In this document: positions 30,227-32,000 of the stretch, one piece after another | Numbering within the stretch: position 1 is the stretch's first letter | Layout of the letters: the number at the start of each line of letters is the position of its first letter | Assembly (NCBI GenBank): GCA_963758775.1 | Contig: CAVWWU010000010.1 | Location: 1,325,346-1,357,345 of the forward strand | DNA: 32,000 bases | Reading direction: 5' to 3' | Source: an uncultured Actinomycetota bacterium | Lineage (GTDB): Bacteria; Actinomycetota; Actinomycetes; Mycobacteriales; Mycobacteriaceae | Notes under the pieces: model-generated | Database searches by the model: none | Seen by the model: only the letters and a program-made list of their open reading frames with translations | Told to the model about the DNA's origin: nothing | Position numbers and translations under genes: made by a program

Positions 30227-30264
30227 GCTTGACCCGTTTGGCGGACCTCGGGTCAGGCGGTTTT
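30227..30264 (+). terminator. Stem-loop plus T-tract (intrinsic-terminator-like), oriented on the + strand
   Basis: 10-bp stem at 30227-30236 / 30249-30258 (gcttgacccg ... cgggtcaggc, with one G-U pair). Loop is 12 nt. It is followed by ggTTTTa at 30261-30264. It lies between the CGNR gene and the DUF302-like gene, both on the - strand. Confidence 0.35.
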
Positions 30265-30381
30265 AGGCCGTCTGAGTGAGTCAGTTGTCGAACTCGACTG
30301 GCTTCATCGTATCGAGCGCCGAGTGGTGTCGGCGTTGTCAGTGTTACTGCTACGTCGGCGTTTTCGTGTCAATGAGATCAA

Positions 30382-31023
30382 TTACTCATGTTTGGTCGGC
30401 GATGGTTTCGGGGTGTGATGCTGGTGGTAGTGGCGCTGGGCACGGGTGCGGTTGCCGCAGATGTTGGCGGTGCACCAGGTGCGGCGAGGGTTGGTCGCCA
30501 GGAACAGCATGGAGCATGCGGGGTTGGCGCAGCGTCGAAGTTGGCCGCGCAGTTGATCGTCGGTCAGCACGGTGATGGCGTCGTCGGCGATTGCTGCCAG
30601 GGCAGGGTGTCCGCCGTGTTCAAGGTGCCAGCGGATGCTGCGGTGCAGTGCGTTGTCGCGCAGCTCGAGTCGGCTGCTCATCGGAGCCGCGGCGGCGGCG
30701 GCGTTGATGTCGTCTACCGAGGTGAGTAGGGGCGTCGTGGATGCGAGGTGGGCGTCGAACGCCTCGCGGATGGCCTGACGTAAACGGCGGGTAGCGCTTA
30801 GATCGGGGACGGGAAACTCGCCTGCTACCGACAGCCGGGGAGCCTGTAGTTGCCACCATCGCTGGTATTGGTCGGCGTCGGCGAACAGGTCGGTGGGCGG
30901 GTCGGTGACGGTGACCACGGTGTCGGCGAGGTCCACCGCGAGTGAGGGTTCGCCTCCCATCGGAAACCCCGCCCGCTGCAGGAGCTGAAGCGACGGAGGC
31001 TTGGCGGTAATGCTCATTGACAA
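30382..31023 (-). CDS. CGNR zinc-finger domain protein (ABATE + zf-CGNR)
   Basis: The C-terminus is CANPACSMLFLATNPRRTWCTANICGNRTRAQRHY, which is the canonical C-x4-C...RRWC...CGNR signature. Confidence 0.85.
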   Translation of the reverse strand: MSMSITAKPPSLQLLQRAGFPMGGEPSLAVDLADTVVTVTDPPTDLFADADQYQRWWQLQAPRLSVAGEFPVPDLSATRRLRQAIREAFDAHLASTTPLLTSVDDINAAAAAAPMSSRLELRDNALHRSIRWHLEHGGHPALAAIADDAITVLTDDQLRGQLRRCANPACSMLFLATNPRRTWCTANICGNRTRAQRHYHQHHTPKPSPTKHE

Positions 31024-31176
31024 CCACTATCCATTAGGCCTGTGACATTCGCCTCGAAACATGCCGTTTTCAGGCACAAGTGATATCTCCTTGACACTGA
31101 CCTAATGCGTAAATATGCTTCTGACACGTTAGGAACGCTGGTTGGCTACCCCATCACTGTATTAGGAGCCTTTTCT

Positions 31177-31716
31177 ATGACGACTGATCGCTCGTCTGCA
31201 CCGACTGATGCCCGCCGTCCCGCCCGATCGCGACGATGGTCGTGGCTTGCGGTGCTGGTGGCCGCCCTAGTGGCTGCGGTCGCCGACGCGGCGTTCGCGT
31301 TCGCGGCCTATGTGTTGATCGCCGGCCGGTTCAATTTCGAGACGTTGCTGCAATACATTGCCAGCGGGTTGCTCGGAGACAGGGCGTTTGCGATTGGCGG
31401 GGCGGGGATCGCTACCGCCGCTTTGGGATTCGCCATGCATGCCACCCTGTCGGTGGCGTTCGCGGTCTTTTATGCCCTCGTGATCTCCCCCCGGGTGCAC
31501 ACCCTGACGACCGCCTGCATTGCTGGCGTGTCTTACGGCGCAGGCATCTGGGTGTTCATGAACGCCGTAGTACTGCCACTGGGGCGCTCTGCCCGCGAAC
31601 CCTTCTTGAGCAATTACTACCTGGCCTTCGGGGTGGATCACGCCCTACTGGTCGGTCTGCCCATCGCTCTGATCCTGTGGGCCTCGGCGACCCGCCGCAC
31701 CGGCGAGCGCGCATAG
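31177..31716 (+). CDS. Integral membrane protein of unknown function (4 predicted TM segments)
   Basis: AGGAG-N8-ATG at 31177. Hydrophobic segments are WLAVLVAALVAAVADAAFAFAAYVLI, IATAALGFAMHATLSVAFAVFYALVI, ACIAGVSYGAGIWVFMNAVVL and HALLVGLPIALILW. Confidence 0.7.
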   Translation: MTTDRSSAPTDARRPARSRRWSWLAVLVAALVAAVADAAFAFAAYVLIAGRFNFETLLQYIASGLLGDRAFAIGGAGIATAALGFAMHATLSVAFAVFYALVISPRVHTLTTACIAGVSYGAGIWVFMNAVVLPLGRSAREPFLSNYYLAFGVDHALLVGLPIALILWASATRRTGERA

Positions 31717-31774
31717 AGCTCATCGCGGAACCCCTGTTGATTAGCCCAGGTCCTCACCGTCAAGGAGCATGTTC

Positions 31775-32000
31775 ATGTCCGTTATCCGCCACCGCCACCT
31801 CAACATCGACGATCTACGCGTCTTCGTGCGCGAGGCGGGTGACCCGGCCAGCCCGACGCTGATCCTGTTACCCGGCTATCCATCGAGCAGCCGAGCATAT
31901 CTGCGGCTAATTGACCGGTTGGCCGACCATTGGCACACCGTGGCCATCGACTATCCCGGGTTCGGGTTGTCTGACCCACTGCCGGAATCTCCGACCTTCG
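31775..32000 (+). CDS. Alpha/beta hydrolase (epoxide hydrolase / haloalkane dehalogenase-like), 3'-truncated by the window edge
   Basis: Not in the ORF track because there is no stop in the window. My translation is MSVIRHRHLNIDDLRVFVREAGDPASPTLILLPGYPSSSRAYLRLIDRLADHWHTVAIDYPGFGLSDPLPESPTF. AAGGAG lies 7 nt upstream of the ATG at 31775. Confidence 0.7.
   Translation, partial: MSVIRHRHLNIDDLRVFVREAGDPASPTLILLPGYPSSSRAYLRLIDRLADHWHTVAIDYPGFGLSDPLPESPTF

Noticed and set aside
1-32000. Search for defence systems, toxin-antitoxin pairs, prophage genes, integrases, tRNA/rRNA genes and CRISPR arrays
   Set aside because: None was recognised by eye. The only mobile-element trace is the transposase fragment at 29430-29639. 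Absence cannot be proven without HMM searches.

Overview
GC-rich actinobacterial chromosome, almost certainly a slow-growing Mycobacterium. The evidence is two PE_PGRS genes (one with a PecA-type aspartic protease domain), tandem Gap/Sap-like membrane proteins and a LipJ-like hydrolase-cyclase fusion. I call about 35 tightly packed protein-coding genes. Several pairs share overlapping start/stop codons, and several convergent pairs have abutting or overlapping stops. I saw no rRNA, tRNA or CRISPR array.

Content by region:
- 1-9 kb: envelope and redox genes (DUF3060 protein, MDR oxidoreductase, PadR-like protein, Tat-secreted GH16 glucanase, GT-C glycosyltransferase, two Gap-like paralogs, an unknown secreted protein, a Zn-ADH).
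- 9-15.6 kb: a PE remnant, two paralogous membrane proteins with huge Pro/Gly-rich repeat tails, and a PE_PGRS aspartic protease.
- 15.7-24.4 kb: hydrolase-cyclase, a prpE-like ligase translationally coupled to mtnA, M15 peptidase, RibD_C reductase, a second PE_PGRS, and a VOC/MarR pair.
- 24.4-32 kb: an accessory-looking block holding a DUF4436-like protein, a TetR-controlled SDR / PhyH-like dioxygenase / double-CMD module, an IS transposase remnant, a DUF302-like protein, a CGNR zinc-finger protein, a membrane protein and an alpha/beta hydrolase.

Most unusual observations:
1. The tandem pair at 9285-13263. Each protein has a degenerate actin/Hsp70-like N-domain, one TM helix and a 270-400 aa low-complexity tail.
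2. A 1-nt frameshift inside a 27-bp repeat of the second paralog, which swaps an acidic Ser/Gly/Asp tail for an Arg/Gln tail.
3. A possible SCP2-like::PhyH fusion sitting in a TetR-regulated divergent module next to an IS scar.

All functional calls come from motif recognition by eye. No database search was run.
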